From Lytechinus pictus (Eukaryota): 64,000 nucleotides of DNA. The stretch lies in the NCBI RefSeq assembly GCF_037042905.1, contig NC_087263.1, positions 14,634,001-14,698,000 of the forward strand, read 5' to 3'. Shown one piece after another: positions 1 through 12,013 of this stretch; within the stretch, counting starts at the first letter, position 1; each line of letters starts with the position of its first letter. The position numbers and the translations under genes were made by a program. Below the pieces are notes generated by a model, which saw only the letters and a list, made by a program, of their open reading frames with translations, was not told the origin of the DNA and searched no databases.

Positions 1-263
1 ATCGCTCTCGGTTTCCCCGGCAACCGCGGCGACCTCGACATCGTACGTTCCACCGGGGACCAAGTCAGTGACAAACACCTCTGGGCAGGCCTCCCTTGGG
101 ATTTCAAAGCTTGCCATGCCGTCAGGGCCGACCCCAAGGGCAGATTGCCTGGCTGCCACGTCGACCCGGTAGTAGTCCAACACGCCAGCAGTGGCAGGGG
201 TGATCCGTATTAGGATGGTTGTTGGAGAGACGATGGAAATCTTGACGGTTGGTGTGAGCGGGG
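1..263 (-). CDS. exon 46, FN3 domain 42 (type A), cut by window edge
   Basis: TTACAG acceptor; PLTPTVKISIVSPTTILIRITP...DLVPGGTYDVEVAAVAGETESD. Confidence 0.88.
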
Positions 264-589
264 CTGTAACAGAGAGAGAGAAAACGGTGATGCAGTTCAC
301 AAATTTGCAATCTTTAACGGCAGAATGAAGACAAATTATGAATCAATAATTCCAATTTACCATTGATTGGAAATCGATGGTCAAATAAAAATTATTGACC
401 TAGTCTTTGGTAGAATAAATGACTTCATATTCTGACAGTGTATCGAGGTTGAGTGACACCGTCAAAGATGAGAATGCATGACTTGTTTTATTTTTTTATG
501 TCCAAACAATTGCAGATAGTTTAGATCATTACAAACATCCCGGTGACTCATTGTGGAATTTGAGAAAGATAGTCACACACACCGTGCAT

Positions 590-980
590 CAGAAATTCGT
601 GCAAGGCGATCAGCGATACTTGACTACCCAATGTCCAATCAGTGATACTTTGTTAATCTTACGTCCAAGTTTCATGAACTAGATCTAAGTACTTTTGAAT
701 TTATGATGACATTTCAAAACTTCACCTTGGTTAATATTTCCATAATGATTCCCCCAACATGGTCAAAATGACCTTTGACCTTGGTTATATGACCTGAAAC
801 TACATGTAATGCAATATGCTCAGTGATATTTGAACACCCTTATTACGTCTAAGTTTCAAGAAATAGGTCCAGATACTTTTTAAGTCATTATGATGAAAAT
901 GTTGACGACGCTGTACCTGCCGTCTGAAAAGCAGTACCTATAAATGAAGTCTCGCTCTACTATACAGTTGAGACAAATAT
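590..980 (+). mobile_element. Decayed Helentron/DINE-like non-autonomous element
   Basis: Same TGACCTTTGACC core repeat and ...GAGACAAA end as 38803 and 59932. Confidence 0.7.
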
Positions 981-1042
981 ATCAGGACAATCAAAGAATT
1001 GAAAAGGAAGCGCTACATACGCTTACCTTCATGTTATCTTAC

Positions 1043-1294
1043 CCAAAACATACGTTGCTCTGACTAGTCTTTGTATATCAGACCCAGGGCTTCCGGAGTA
1101 GAGTGCAAAGTTGTAGATCTGACCTGGCGTTAGCTCACTGAGGAGGACAGTGTCCTCTGGAGTAGATATTGGTGATCGTCGCAAACCATCAGACGGTACA
1201 TATTCAAGGTCGTAGTTAGGAGAGTTTGGTGCATTAGGCCATGACACATCAAGTCCAGATGAATCTACTGGGCTGAACACAAGGAGCTCCATCG
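1043..1294 (-). CDS. exon 45, FN3 domain 41 (B)
   Basis: TTACAG / GTAAGA, 252 nt, phase 1-1; LDVSW...ELTPGQIYNF. Confidence 0.9.
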
Positions 1295-1338
1295 CTGTAA
1301 AGAAGCACAGAGAAGATTGTTTCTATGGTTAGATTTAA

Positions 1339-1741
1339 AGGTAAAAGAAAATAGTTGCAGCAAACAATTATTTCATGGAAAAAGTCTTTTAAATCAAGGC
1401 TCGTTGTCACCAAATTAACATAGATCTGTATCTGGTACATTAAAGTATACTTCTCTTTGTGAAATCATGAAATCTTGGCTCAAAAACGATAATTCTGATG
1501 ATCACTAACACAGAACAGCATATGTGGGACAGTGTATTAATATTGCTTGGAATAATACCTGACATTTGATAGAATACCGTGCGTACATGTATTTTGCTCA
1601 TTTCTCAGCAATAACACATTATCTTCTGGAGTCAATTGGCACACATTTTTTACTTATAAATACAAACACTTGGGTTGTATTTTTTTGGATTAATTTTGTT
1701 CAAACTCATTTTGAGATCGTTACCACAACTGGTAATCATCT
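1339..1741. mobile_element. Kolobok-type MITE (copy at 32518-32939, partial at 13765-14000)
   Basis: TTAA|AG...CT|TTAA ends; homologous copies in the window. Confidence 0.72.
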
Positions 1742-2164
1742 TTAAGATTGCTATAAACGTTGGAAACACCAACTAACATGGTGAGTTTACCAACAGGTAT
1801 AGAAGGACAATTATTGAAAGGCTCCGTGAAATTTGCATCGGCAGCAAATGCTCTGATTGGAACTGCACACATTACGTCAAACATAAACCAGAGCTTCTTA
1901 TCTTATCTTATCTAACATGTACCTCACCTTTTATCCTAATTAATCCCTACATAATTCTTAACTAAAAACCTTATCACAACTCAAACCCTCAACTTATATC
2001 TGCAGAGAAATTAGCGGGATTTTTGTCATAGGAGCAAATTTAATGTTACAGTGTACCTGTTGAAAACTTACTGCTTTATAGGAAACGATTCAAGGAACAA
2101 CAAGATGCCTTAAGAGATATCTTCACAAACACATTTACTACAAATCAAATCTTAAACAAAAATA

Positions 2165-2300
2165 TCACCCAGGTCGGGAGTTCAAACTCCGACCGCGTCA
2201 GACCAAAGGACGTTAAAAGATGGAAGTTGCTGCTACCCTAGCTGTTTGGCCCTCAACAATACAAGGGATAGAGCTACGTCAATCTAGCGCTGCACGTGGC
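2165..2300 (+). mobile_element. tRNA-derived SINE fragment
   Basis: B-box-like GAGTTCAAACTCC followed by a SINE-like body. Confidence 0.45.
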
Positions 2301-2636
2301 TGCCAGTTCCACGATTAGTTGAGTAATTTTCGGAGGATTTCTGTTTCGAACAATAAAATATGGATTTTTGATTTTTTTTTTCCTTATGTTTTTATAAAGC
2401 AGAAAATAAGAAAAATGCCTTCCAGAGTGAGATTCCTGCAAAAAGTCTTTGCCCCACCTTTCTCACAGCCCCCATTGTTTTTACCTATGATAAAATGTGA
2501 AAATAATTGAGGAAAAGAATCTTGTGGAAAAGACACTAATACAAATATTGTCGAGATGCCTAAGACCGCCTTCCTGATAAAACAAATTTTTATATTAACT
2601 TCAACATTGTCTTCATTTTAAACAACATGACCCCAC

Positions 2637-2906
2637 CTGTTGAGGTTGTTCTTTCACTAACAGCGCTGAGCGTTGTTCCTGTCACTGCATAGACCTGTAT
2701 CCTGTACAAAGTCCCTGGAGCAAGGTAGTTCTTCGAGAACATGAGGTCCGCCCCCCTTTCGACGTCATCCAGGAAAACAGGATCCGAGGTAAAGGGATAG
2801 AGGTAGACGGTGTAGCGATCAAAGTTCCCTGCGGCACTTTCCCATGAGAATGTGATGCTAGTCTGCGTGGTGTCCTCAATTTGAATGGCACCTGGAGTCT
2901 GAGGAA
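2637..2906 (-). CDS. exon 44, FN3 domain 40 (A)
   Basis: CTGCAG / GTGGGG, 270 nt; PQTPGAIQIEDTTQTSITFSW...LAPGTLYRIQV (this frame is not in the ORF track). Confidence 0.88.
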
Positions 2907-4111
2907 CTGCAGAGAGACAACAATCACGACTATGTAACTATTTGTATTTGGGGTGTTCCCCAGGGATGTCTCGTACCTCCATCATTATTTATGTTTTATT
3001 TCAATTTTGTTTACTCATAAACTGTTTTCTTTCATTCTATTATATTCATATCAAAACATCAAACAGTAACAAATAATACATGATACAAATGTTGATGTTT
3101 GGCAAGTTGACTGCAAAAAGCGATACCCAACACTAGATCCCCTATAAAACAAAAACATTATTTTTTATGATATTGATCAGCAATATTGCCCTTTAACATG
3201 TACTTCTAGCACAACGATTTTCTGTATATCTATTGTTAATACATGTATCTACCCAATTATGTGAATCCAGATGCAGATACAGATTTCAACAAGATTCCCT
3301 ATTGTCAAAACCAATATAGCATTGCCACACATTCGTATTACATGTATAAGTTGTCCAGAAGGTATATTTATATAAAATTGAGTAGCCTTGAGGGGAACAT
3401 CAAATACGTCGCCAGAACAGAATCATACTGGCCCGAGTCTTTGACGAGGGCAATATGGTTCTTTTAAGGGCAACCTATTTCATGTTTCCCGAAAGAAGAG
3501 CCAGTCAATATCATTATTTTTACCTAAGGCTGTACAATGTGTAATTCAAGCTATTATTTGGAACAAATGAAATGCCTATTTGCTTTTCGCTCCTTCTGAT
3601 TTTTGGTTATTCACAAACTTAGCGAAGTAACCCTTGCTAAGCAATTGTGACGTAAATTGTTACGGCGCAGTCGCGCATCATCCATGGCACGCACGTACAC
3701 TTAACGCATAGAAATCTTGCGCTTGGTTTTGTGTATGCACTGGCTGCGCCGCACATTATCTACAATGCACTGGTTCATGAACTGGTTCCAGCCCTTACTT
3801 TAATCCACCTCTATGTTCAGCCAGATTTCTCAAATATTGAAATTAGCAATCAAAATTGGCTCCTACTGCGCAAGCGCATAAGCAGAAATATGGCCAATAT
3901 TGCCCTCTGTTTTTGTACAGGATTCCTATGGGTAAAGCCCGGGGAGGGCAACATGACAAATGTTTACCTCGTTGGTCTCGCATTGAAAGTAGCAAGCAAA
4001 GAATGATATTTATTTATCTGCTAAAATGCCTTGTATAAGTAATAATATTGATTATTGATCTGTGTGCAAATGTTTGACAAAGCTAATCCATCCCTTTATT
4101 GATAAACTTAC

Positions 4112-4372
4112 TTGTCGTCACTGCCAATTCCTGGGGAGCTTCTACTGAGCCAACGATGCTTAGACTGATAACGTAGTTTGTGCCTGAAGCCAAGTTCTCG
4201 AAGGTATAGGTAGTGGCGGATTGTGGGAGGTCAGCTGGAGGTGACGCTCCTCCAGCTGTCCTGATCATCAGACGGTACCCGGTGGCAGAGGGAAGGGTAG
4301 ATACTGCCCATGTGATGGAGATGCTGTTGATTGTCCGATTTGAAAGAATTGGAACACCCTCTGGCGCTCGAC
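4112..4372 (-). CDS. exon 43, FN3 domain 39 (B)
   Basis: GCTAG / GTAAGT, 261 nt; SISITW...NLASGTNYVI. Confidence 0.9.
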
Positions 4373-4916
4373 CTAGCACGTAAAAATGCAACGATCAACA
4401 GATTGGTAAATTGAAATCTGTAATTCCAATAAGCTTTGATTGTCATCTTAAGAAGTTAAAGGATTGTCACTTTAGGGGGCTGGGTCTTATTTAATCATCA
4501 AACTTACTCTTTTAAGATGTAACAAAATGAGAGTATATATCTAATATCTGTATAAAACCTAAAAGAAATGAACTTCCATTTAAATCCTGCGGCCCGTTCC
4601 ATGAAGACTTACATGTACCACTGTTGTAAATTTGCTATTGTAAATATCAGACAAACTTTGATTTTGATTGGATGCATAGCCCTGTTACCATGGTAGTTTC
4701 CATAGCGGTAGAGTTACATCAGTAGTTAGTCTTTATGGAACATGCCCCTAATCTACAATACCCAGAACTGCCAACCTTAATTGGGAAAAAAATCCTATAT
4801 TTTAATCTTATTTTCAAGCCTAAAATCCTATTTTCCCTTAAAACCTAAAAAAAACATACAAAAATAATTCTTACAAGTTTAAAAAATCTTATTTCTAGGG
4901 GAAAAAATCCTATCTG

Positions 4917-5191
4917 GGGCCGATCTTACAAAGAGTTGCGATTGATCTGATCGATCTCAACTATGGAGAGCCAGCAAAGTCAACATATAAAATACATGTT
5001 TGTTCAAAAAAAATTCTAGATATGAATGTATATCCATAAATTAATTGATTTCTAGACAATTTGGTGTGTTCTCCTTTGTTTACAAAGGACATTTTACAAA
5101 TTTCCTGTATAAAAATTATGACACTGATGGATTTCCATTCCATAGAGTAACGATTGATTGGATCAATGGTAACTCTTTGTAAGATGGGGCC
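4917..5191. mobile_element. PIF/Harbinger-type MITE family 1 (also 36035-36307, 49423-49675; partial 7970-8034, 18143-18320)
   Basis: TIR GGSCCSRTCTTACAAAGAGTT; 3-bp CWG TSD (CTG/CTG here, CAG/CAG at 36035). Confidence 0.85.
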
Positions 5192-5283
5192 CTGGTGTCA
5201 CTCTCCCCATAAATCCTACTAAAACAAAATAATCTCCTTCTAATTTGCAGCTCTGAATGCATCTAACAAAGGACACAGGTTAC

Positions 5284-5556
5284 CTGTTGTTCCCGATGTC
5301 TCATCGGCCTCACTGTTGATTGTCCCACGGACTGAAACAACCGACACAGCGTATGACGTCTCCGGCAACAGGTCTGGGAGAGTCACAGAGGGTTCGTCAC
5401 TAGCAGGCACCGACACAGAGATCGGATCATCCGTTCCAACCTGGGAGTATGTCAGACGGAAGGAGTCATAAAACCCAACGGATGGTGGGGTCCAGGATAT
5501 GTCCAGCTCAAAGGCAGTCGTTCTGGAAATGGCTACGTCCGTCGGTGGATTTGGTA
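5284..5556 (-). CDS. exon 42, FN3 domain 38 (A)
   Basis: ATCAG / GTAACC, 273 nt; PNPPTDV...W...DLLPETSY. Confidence 0.92.
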
Positions 5557-6036
5557 CTGATGGTAGGAGAAGAAATATCATCTATTCTAATTTTGTCATC
5601 TGTCAAAAAATTGAACCTGGGGCATCTAAACCTTTTAAATTAAGTTATGAGGTGCCATGGATTAGTTAACAAGTCTCTGGATTTTGAATCAAGAAATCCA
5701 TGCTTCAGATTCACCAAGAGTTTTAGGAAGATATGAAGCTACATTGGCCATTCTAACAGGTGTAAGTGGCTAACAGGAGGACGAATCCTCCTGTATGCTG
5801 TGACCACTGCAAAAGGTAGCCAAGCTGAGCCATGTTACTATTAAGCATCTTGAGCACCATAATAGAAAAAGGAGTTGTGTTTATACAGAATTAAATATAT
5901 CAAACACAAGTCCCAAACTCCCCTCCCTTATTATTGTTTGAAAAATAAAGCAACTCATTTTGCAATGGGCCTGGGTGGAGTATGGCAAATGCAAACAAAC
6001 GCTTTGCAAAAAAATGAGAATTAAAAACCAGCTCAC

Positions 6037-6452
6037 TTGGCTAAACTGTATACTGTTGGGTAGATGGACCAGAGGGCGGAGCTGATTGCATAGTCTTCAG
6101 GGACCAGCTGAAAACACCTGTATACTGTTGGAAAGGAGGACCTGAGGGGCCAGGTGATTGCATCATCTCTAGGGACCAGCTGAATACACTCACCTGTATA
6201 CTGTTGGTAGGTGGACCAGAGGGCCCAAGTGGTTTTATAGTCTTTAAGGACCAGCTGAATACACTCACCTGTATACTGTTGGTAGGTGGACCAGAGGGCC
6301 CAAGTGGTTTTATAGTCTTTAAGGACCAGCTGAATACACTCACCTGTATACTGTTGGTAGGTGGACCAGAGGGCCCAAGTGGTTTTATAGTCTTTAAGGA
6401 CCAGCTGAATACACTCACCTGTATACTGCTGTGTAGGTGGACCTGAGGGCCC
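6037..6452. repeat. 75-bp minisatellite, about 5.5 units, derived from the exon 41 3' end plus donor
   Basis: Three identical units plus two diverged units, each with TATACAG|GT. Confidence 0.95.
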
Positions 6453-6655
6453 AGGCGATTGCCCTGTCATCAGAGTGTACAGTTGACCTGGCGTGAGTTC
6501 TTCAAAGATGGCTGAGTTCTCACCCAAGATTCTCAAATCTCCTTCATCTGGGTCGATGGTTGGGCTATAGCTGGCGCCATCAACTCTATTCCATGTGATG
6601 CGAATTGAAGTCTCATTGACCTCCTTGATATTCACACCACCCGGTTCACCAGCAT
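6419..6655 (-). CDS. exon 41, FN3 domain 37 (B); further in-frame donors at 6344, 6269, 6194
   Basis: CTTAG / GTGAGT, 237 nt; DAGEPGGVNI...ELTPGQLY. Confidence 0.88.
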
Positions 6656-7437
6656 CTAAGAAAAAAGTATGAGAAAATGGAGATATTACTGATGTTTCAT
6701 CATTTTCTGCAGGTGACCTTCACACCAAAAATTTGCTACGAATAATTGCTTTTACTGACTTTCGTGCATGTTGCTTCAAATATTTCGAAATAAATGTGGA
6801 TATAGAACGAGTCAATATGAAAGAAAATAGCAGAGTTTTCATGAAGTGATGCCAAATCACATCCATAAACTTTTTTCTTTTTTGAGGGGGTGTACACATA
6901 AATCTGCCTTAGTTAAATATCTCGAACATCTGTTCGACTTGTTCAAAATTTGACGAAATATAGAAGCAAACGCTTTCCATAGTCTGGTCTAAATTATTGC
7001 TTCAACTTAGAAGATTGCCTGACATGTAGAAGAACAACTGATACCGACCCTTCAATGTTCCAATCTCATTAGCACATTTTACATCAGTCAAAGAGATACT
7101 GACACTGTTAATCTTTGGATAGGACTTTATGAAAGAACAACGTATGCAGACTCTTCTGGGTTTCAATCTCCTGAGCGCCTTTCGCTTCAATCAGAGAGAT
7201 ATTGACACTTTATTGATATTTGGATGTGACTTATGGAAAAAACAACTCATGCAGACTCTTCTGTGTTTCAAACTCAAAAGCACCTAACACCTAACGCTTA
7301 GTTCAGGTACATATTTATTGACGTTTTTATCATTTTTTATTTGACTTTATATGGAAGAACTTATGCAATCTTTAGTGCGTTTCCAACTCATCAGCATCTT
7401 TTGCTTAGTGATGCTTTAAAACTAAACTGAATGTCAG

Positions 7438-7565
7438 GGGCCCGTAATACAAACATTAGCGATTGATCGACGCTTGATTTTCACGATTGATTGTACATTG
7501 TAGTCAATGGAATCAATCGTAGACAAATGTTCTACGATCATTGCTAAGCTTTGTATTATGGGCCC
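7438..7565. mobile_element. Harbinger-type MITE family 2 (also 24727-24855, about 40560-40687)
   Basis: TIR GGGCCCGTAAYACAAAG; CAG/CAG TSD. Confidence 0.82.
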
Positions 7566-7609
7566 CAGATTGGATAATAAAGTGGTTATACATGTAAAAT
7601 GTGCCTTAC

Positions 7610-7900
7610 CTGTTTGAACAGTAATTTCAGCAGGAAAGCTTTCTTGTTCTGTTCTTCCCTGACCAGAGACGGCCACCAAGGTGACATCGTAAGAACTGTC
7701 CGGTTCAAGTCGGGTCAGGGTAAGAGAAGTCCTTGTCTTATCCAGAGAGAGGGGGGACTCCAAGGCCCCATCAGTGGGGTCATAGGTCATGCGGAATCCA
7801 TCATAATCACTATCGGCAGTAGAGGGGGCTGTCCATTCTATGGTGATTGAATTGTCATTGACCTCCGTGGCTGAATCAATAATCATCGGGCGAACAGGTC
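7610..7900 (-). CDS. exon 40, FN3 domain 36 (A)
   Basis: TCAAG / GTAAGG, 291 nt; SITIEW...RLEPDSSY. Confidence 0.9.
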
Positions 7901-8263
7901 CTTGATGAAATAAGACAAAAAAAAGATGTTGCGATACAATTATGTTGTCATAATGAAGCAATTGTTAATGCTGATGGATTTCCACAGAGTTACGATTGAC
8001 TGGATCGATTGTAAATCTTTGTAAGACAGGGCCCTGGAGGCATTTCAAAGAAATCAGAGGGGAACTGGCCTTTTGCTCATGCGGAGGTAGACCCTGTGGA
8101 ATTCTCCTATACAGAGTTTGAAAACCCAGACGTCAGCAACCGCCTTCGGGGGCAACCTGAAGACATACCTGTATAAGAGTGCTTTTCAACTCACAACCAT
8201 TTATGTATTCACTGTTGGAGTTTGAACCTATAATGTATTTTTTTCTTTCTCTAATTTGCTCAG

Positions 8264-8417
8264 GGCCCTGTTGCATTAAAGTTACTATTATAGTAAATGT
8301 GCCTTCTATTGGTATCTTTAATGCAATCCTTGATTTTGATTGGTTGAGCATTGTTGCCATGGTAGTTACCGTTGGATGGCAATGTTACCGTAATAGTAAC
8401 TTTTATGCAATTGGACC
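8264..8417. mobile_element. Harbinger-type MITE family 3 (related: 4590-4749, 21498-21652, 40727-40881, 45338-45484)
   Basis: GGCCC-starting TIRs, CWG flanks, shared internal GATTGG/CCATGG motifs. Confidence 0.75.
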
Positions 8418-8499
8418 CTGAAGCATCTTGAGCATCTAATCAAGATAAAAAGTGTGCTGTAGTAATCTTATGTTTTATTATCATTATTATCATACTAAC

Positions 8500-8757
8500 T
8501 TGTTCTGGCCACGATTCTGTCGACTTCCGTGTTGGAGTCTCCTCGACGTGTATCTAGCGTTATCTCATACAAAGCACCAGACCTTAGGTTGGTGATAGAA
8601 AATTCGTTTTGAGATGCAGTTAGAAGGTCGTAAGTGAATGCGCCAGATGGAAGGGCACGGTATCCATAGCGATACCCATCCACGACACCATCAATGGCAG
8701 TGAAGCTGATGAGCAGAGCATCGGGCACAACAGAAAAGACTGTCATGATAATTGGTT
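8500..8757 (-). CDS. exon 39, FN3 domain 35 (B), contains RGD
   Basis: AACAG / GTTAGT, 258 nt; NLRSGALYEITLDTRRGDS. Confidence 0.9.
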
Positions 8758-8999
8758 CTGTTTGTGAGATGAAGGAAGGAAGGAGACCAATAGTCAGAAT
8801 GAGCTATAAAATTAATCAATTCATTCAATTTTCACCAATCACAACATCTCTCCTACTCGTGGTAAGCTTTTGTCATGCTAAATTAGTAACTATCGTTTGA
8901 TACACCTTTTTCCAATCAAATATGCTGCATTTCTTATGTGATAAATTGCGTTTTTGTTTAAACTTATTATTGTACAAATTTCTTCGTATTAAATGGAAA

Positions 9000-9075
9000 T
9001 TATGCCATGGCTTGGATTCTAACCCATGACCCTCTGTTTCAAAGTCCAGAGTCTGATTCACTGGGATGCGATGCT
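9000..9075 (-). mobile_element. tRNA-SINE head fragment
   Basis: A/B-box-like sequence homologous to the SINE at 36495. Confidence 0.55.
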
Positions 9076-9089
9076 ATTATTATGCCTAC

Positions 9090-9362
9090 CTGTAGTGACA
9101 TTTACTGAAACGGGAACGCTCTTCTGCGATGAATCCCCGCTACCGCTCACACTCCTGATCTCGACGACATACTCTGTGTTTTGTTCTAACCCTTCTACAT
9201 CAACCGTCAGCTGATCTCTCGGAACGCTCACGATGGAAGACTCCGGGGCAGGAATGGTGGTGACCTCGTAAAACTCCAAGTCATTCTCTGCTGCCATCCA
9301 GGACACAGTGATGATCTCTCCACCGAGTGGTGCGGCCGAGGGATTCATTGGAGGTGTTGGAA
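9090..9362 (-). CDS. exon 38, FN3 domain 34 (A)
   Basis: GCAAG / GTAGGC, 273 nt; PTPPMNP...GLEQNTEY. Confidence 0.88.
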
Positions 9363-9696
9363 CTTGCATTGGAATAAAACAAATGATGCATTCAATTCAA
9401 GTTTCTTTACTGTTTGAGGAACATATCTTTCATGAGGTCAAAATTAATCTTCTTCTGCTCTTTAGCAATAATGGGAGAAGTTGGCACTTTTCTATTAAAA
9501 TTGATAATAATTTGGCTATGTTCAATTGAGTTTCCTTTTCCTAAAGAGATACAAAGCTTTCATAAATGTAATATTAATCTTGACTCTGCCTCTTTGAATT
9601 TGGCAACAACTGGTTAAAACAGCCATACACAGCCTAAAACACAAAGGTGTAAGCCAGGCTTTCAGTAGTAAATGGGTTAACTCTAGCATCTCTCAC

Positions 9697-9978
9697 CGGT
9701 TCTCTGGGTCGCGCGGATAAGGACATCAAAAATGCTATCATCAGTGCTTCTGACAATGAGCTCATAATTTCTTCCAGGAACTAGGTCTGTGTACGTGTAC
9801 GAGAAAGTGGTGGCAGTCGCCGATGTCTCCTCAGGTCGACCTTGAAATTCCTCTCTCACCTGTTGACCAACCTCACTCAACTGTGTAAAATAGTCCACTC
9901 CATCTTGCTTGCGCCAATTGACCGTTATGGTGGTGGTATTGTAGTCAGTCACGATCAAGGTTCCATCCGGGAATGGAT
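9697..9978 (-). CDS. exon 37, FN3 domain 33 (B)
   Basis: ATCAG / GTGAGA, 282 nt; TTITVNW...DLVPGRNY. Confidence 0.92.
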
Positions 9979-10001
9979 CTGATAAAAGAAAAAAAAATGT
10001 A

Positions 10002-10307
10002 TTAACCTCTTGACTACTGAATTCTGTTTTTCCCATAGGCTTGTACAGAGACGACCCGGTTCCAGTAGGTAAAGGGTTAACCAGTTGACCACTGAATACT
10101 GTTTTTCCCAATAGACTTTGTACAGGAACTATTCGGTTCCAGTAGGTTGGTTAACCAGTTGACTACTGAATTCTGTTTTTCCCATAGGCTTTGTACAGAG
10201 ACGACCCGGTTCCAGTAGGCAATGGGTTAACCTGTTGACTATTGAATTCTATCTTTTTTCATAAGCTTTGTACAGGGACTACCCGGTTCCATTAGGCAAT
10301 GGGTTAA
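10002..10307. repeat. Tandem array of four ~75-bp TTAA-bounded mini-elements
   Basis: TTAA at 10002, 10077, 10151, 10227, 10304; each unit has imperfect TIRs. Confidence 0.85.
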
Positions 10308-10770
10308 GAGTGGATGAGATTTTATTTGTGCGGGGAGAGAGTTCTAGAGATAGGGTACAGCAGCAAGAGATGCTATACTTCCCTTATGTGTTTGGTTTCA
10401 CTGATTTTTGAAAACCACCCAAGACCTACGATACTTCAGTCTAAATGAAGTTTGAGAATTTCATCTGGGTTCGAAAAAAACACATCATAAGCTTTGAAAT
10501 TGATCAACTCACACAAGTACTTGAATAAATGGAGAAGAAACTTAGCAAGAGCTTCCAAAAATATGTTTGAAGTTTGGGGATCACTCTAGCATGAGATGTG
10601 CACACTGTGTGATCTCAGTGAAACTTCCAACCAGTCTGCAAAAATTTGTGTCAAAGAAGCACTTGATTTTTCTTCAATGTTACAACTTGAAATTTTGTTA
10701 GTACTAAGAGGAATGACTCTTCCTGATAAGTTATTTTTCTAATTTTTGCACAGGGTTCAATGTCACTTAC

Positions 10771-11061
10771 CCGTCATGCCCACAGCATCAATCGCATCAC
10801 TCACAGATGTAAATCCCTCCCCCATCGAGATCGTCAGCACCTCCACGGTGTAGTTCACTTCCGGGATGAGATCCTCGAGGACCAGCTCTGTGGTAGAGCC
10901 ATCAACGACCTCTGACCTCATGGTCTCGACCTGATCTACTTGCCGGATGCGGACTTCAAACTCGCTGAAAATTGTATCCTCGGGCACGTTCCATTCAACA
11001 AGCAAGGAGAAATAGCCTACTGGTCCGGGTTCCACTGATAGCCCCATGGGAGGTCTCGGCT
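10771..11061 (-). CDS. exon 36, FN3 domain 32 (A)
   Basis: TTCAG / GTAAGT, 291 nt; PRPPMGLSV...DLIPEVNY. Confidence 0.92.
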
Positions 11062-11259
11062 CTGAAAAACAATGACCAAAAAAAATCATTTTTAAATCGA
11101 TAATTATGATTATCAACCACTTCATTGCGGACCACTGGTCCAGCGTTCCACTGATAAACTTATGGGAGGTTGGGCTGTAGCAGATAATTTGAAGAATATT
11201 CCATTGGAAATTGATAATTACGACTGTCTGCAGACGTATGGTCTAGGTTTCCTTTATAA

Positions 11260-11715
11260 ACCCAGGGGGGGGGCACTCAGTATATAATGCATGGTGGGTG
11301 TGGGCCGCGGAGAGGACCCCATTTTTACACTCAAATTTCCGTTCCAAGGCATAGCATTTTCTTCTTATTGAGAAAAAAGAATGAAATCCATTCCAAAGCT
11401 TCGCATACTTCTAGTTACTCCGTTCAGGCCAAATTGATTCGCTACAATGAGCTGCATTTTAGGTGAAAAGCGGCCCGCAAAGCGCCGTCCGATCTTTGCC
11501 TCTGCGCAAGTGCACATGCCGCCCGTGCCACCAGGCTAGCTGCATGCACGTATACACCCTTTCCATAGGGATGCATACGCTCTCACATGCAGGCGAACCG
11601 TTCCAAGGACCCCCGTTTTCACAAACATTTGTAGTTCCGAAGACCCTCCTTTTTACAATAAGCCCGTTCCAAAGCCCCCGTCTTTTATTTCGCCCACAGC
11701 ACATACCTACCACTG
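11260..11715. mobile_element. GC-rich non-autonomous DNA transposon fragment
   Basis: CCCAGGGGGGGGGCACTC start; subterminal inverted GGTGGGTGTG / CATACCTACC; internal GTTCCAAGG repeats. Confidence 0.5.
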
Positions 11716-11746
11716 TTGTGTTGTAATATAAATAATGAAGACTTAC

Positions 11747-12013
11747 TCGTTCTGAAGAGTAGGTCGGGACCAGGTCCAGGTCCACCAGCAGCTCGAACAT
11801 TGGCAACATACAAGTTACCCGGCATCAGCTCGCCACTCACAGATGAAGGAGCAGCTCCAGGTGGGACCTCTACTGGAGTCGTCATCTGACTGTCCTGTGC
11901 AGAGGATGTCACCTCAACACTGTAAGTGTTTATCCCAGCAGCCAACCCCCAGGTGAAGTGGGCTCGAGTCTCATTGACAAATAAGAGGATAAGTGTCAGC
12001 GGTTGTTCTTGGA
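11747..12013 (-). CDS. exon 35, FN3 domain 31 (B)
   Basis: TATAG / GTAAGT, 267 nt; RAHFTW...ELMPGNLY. Confidence 0.88.
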
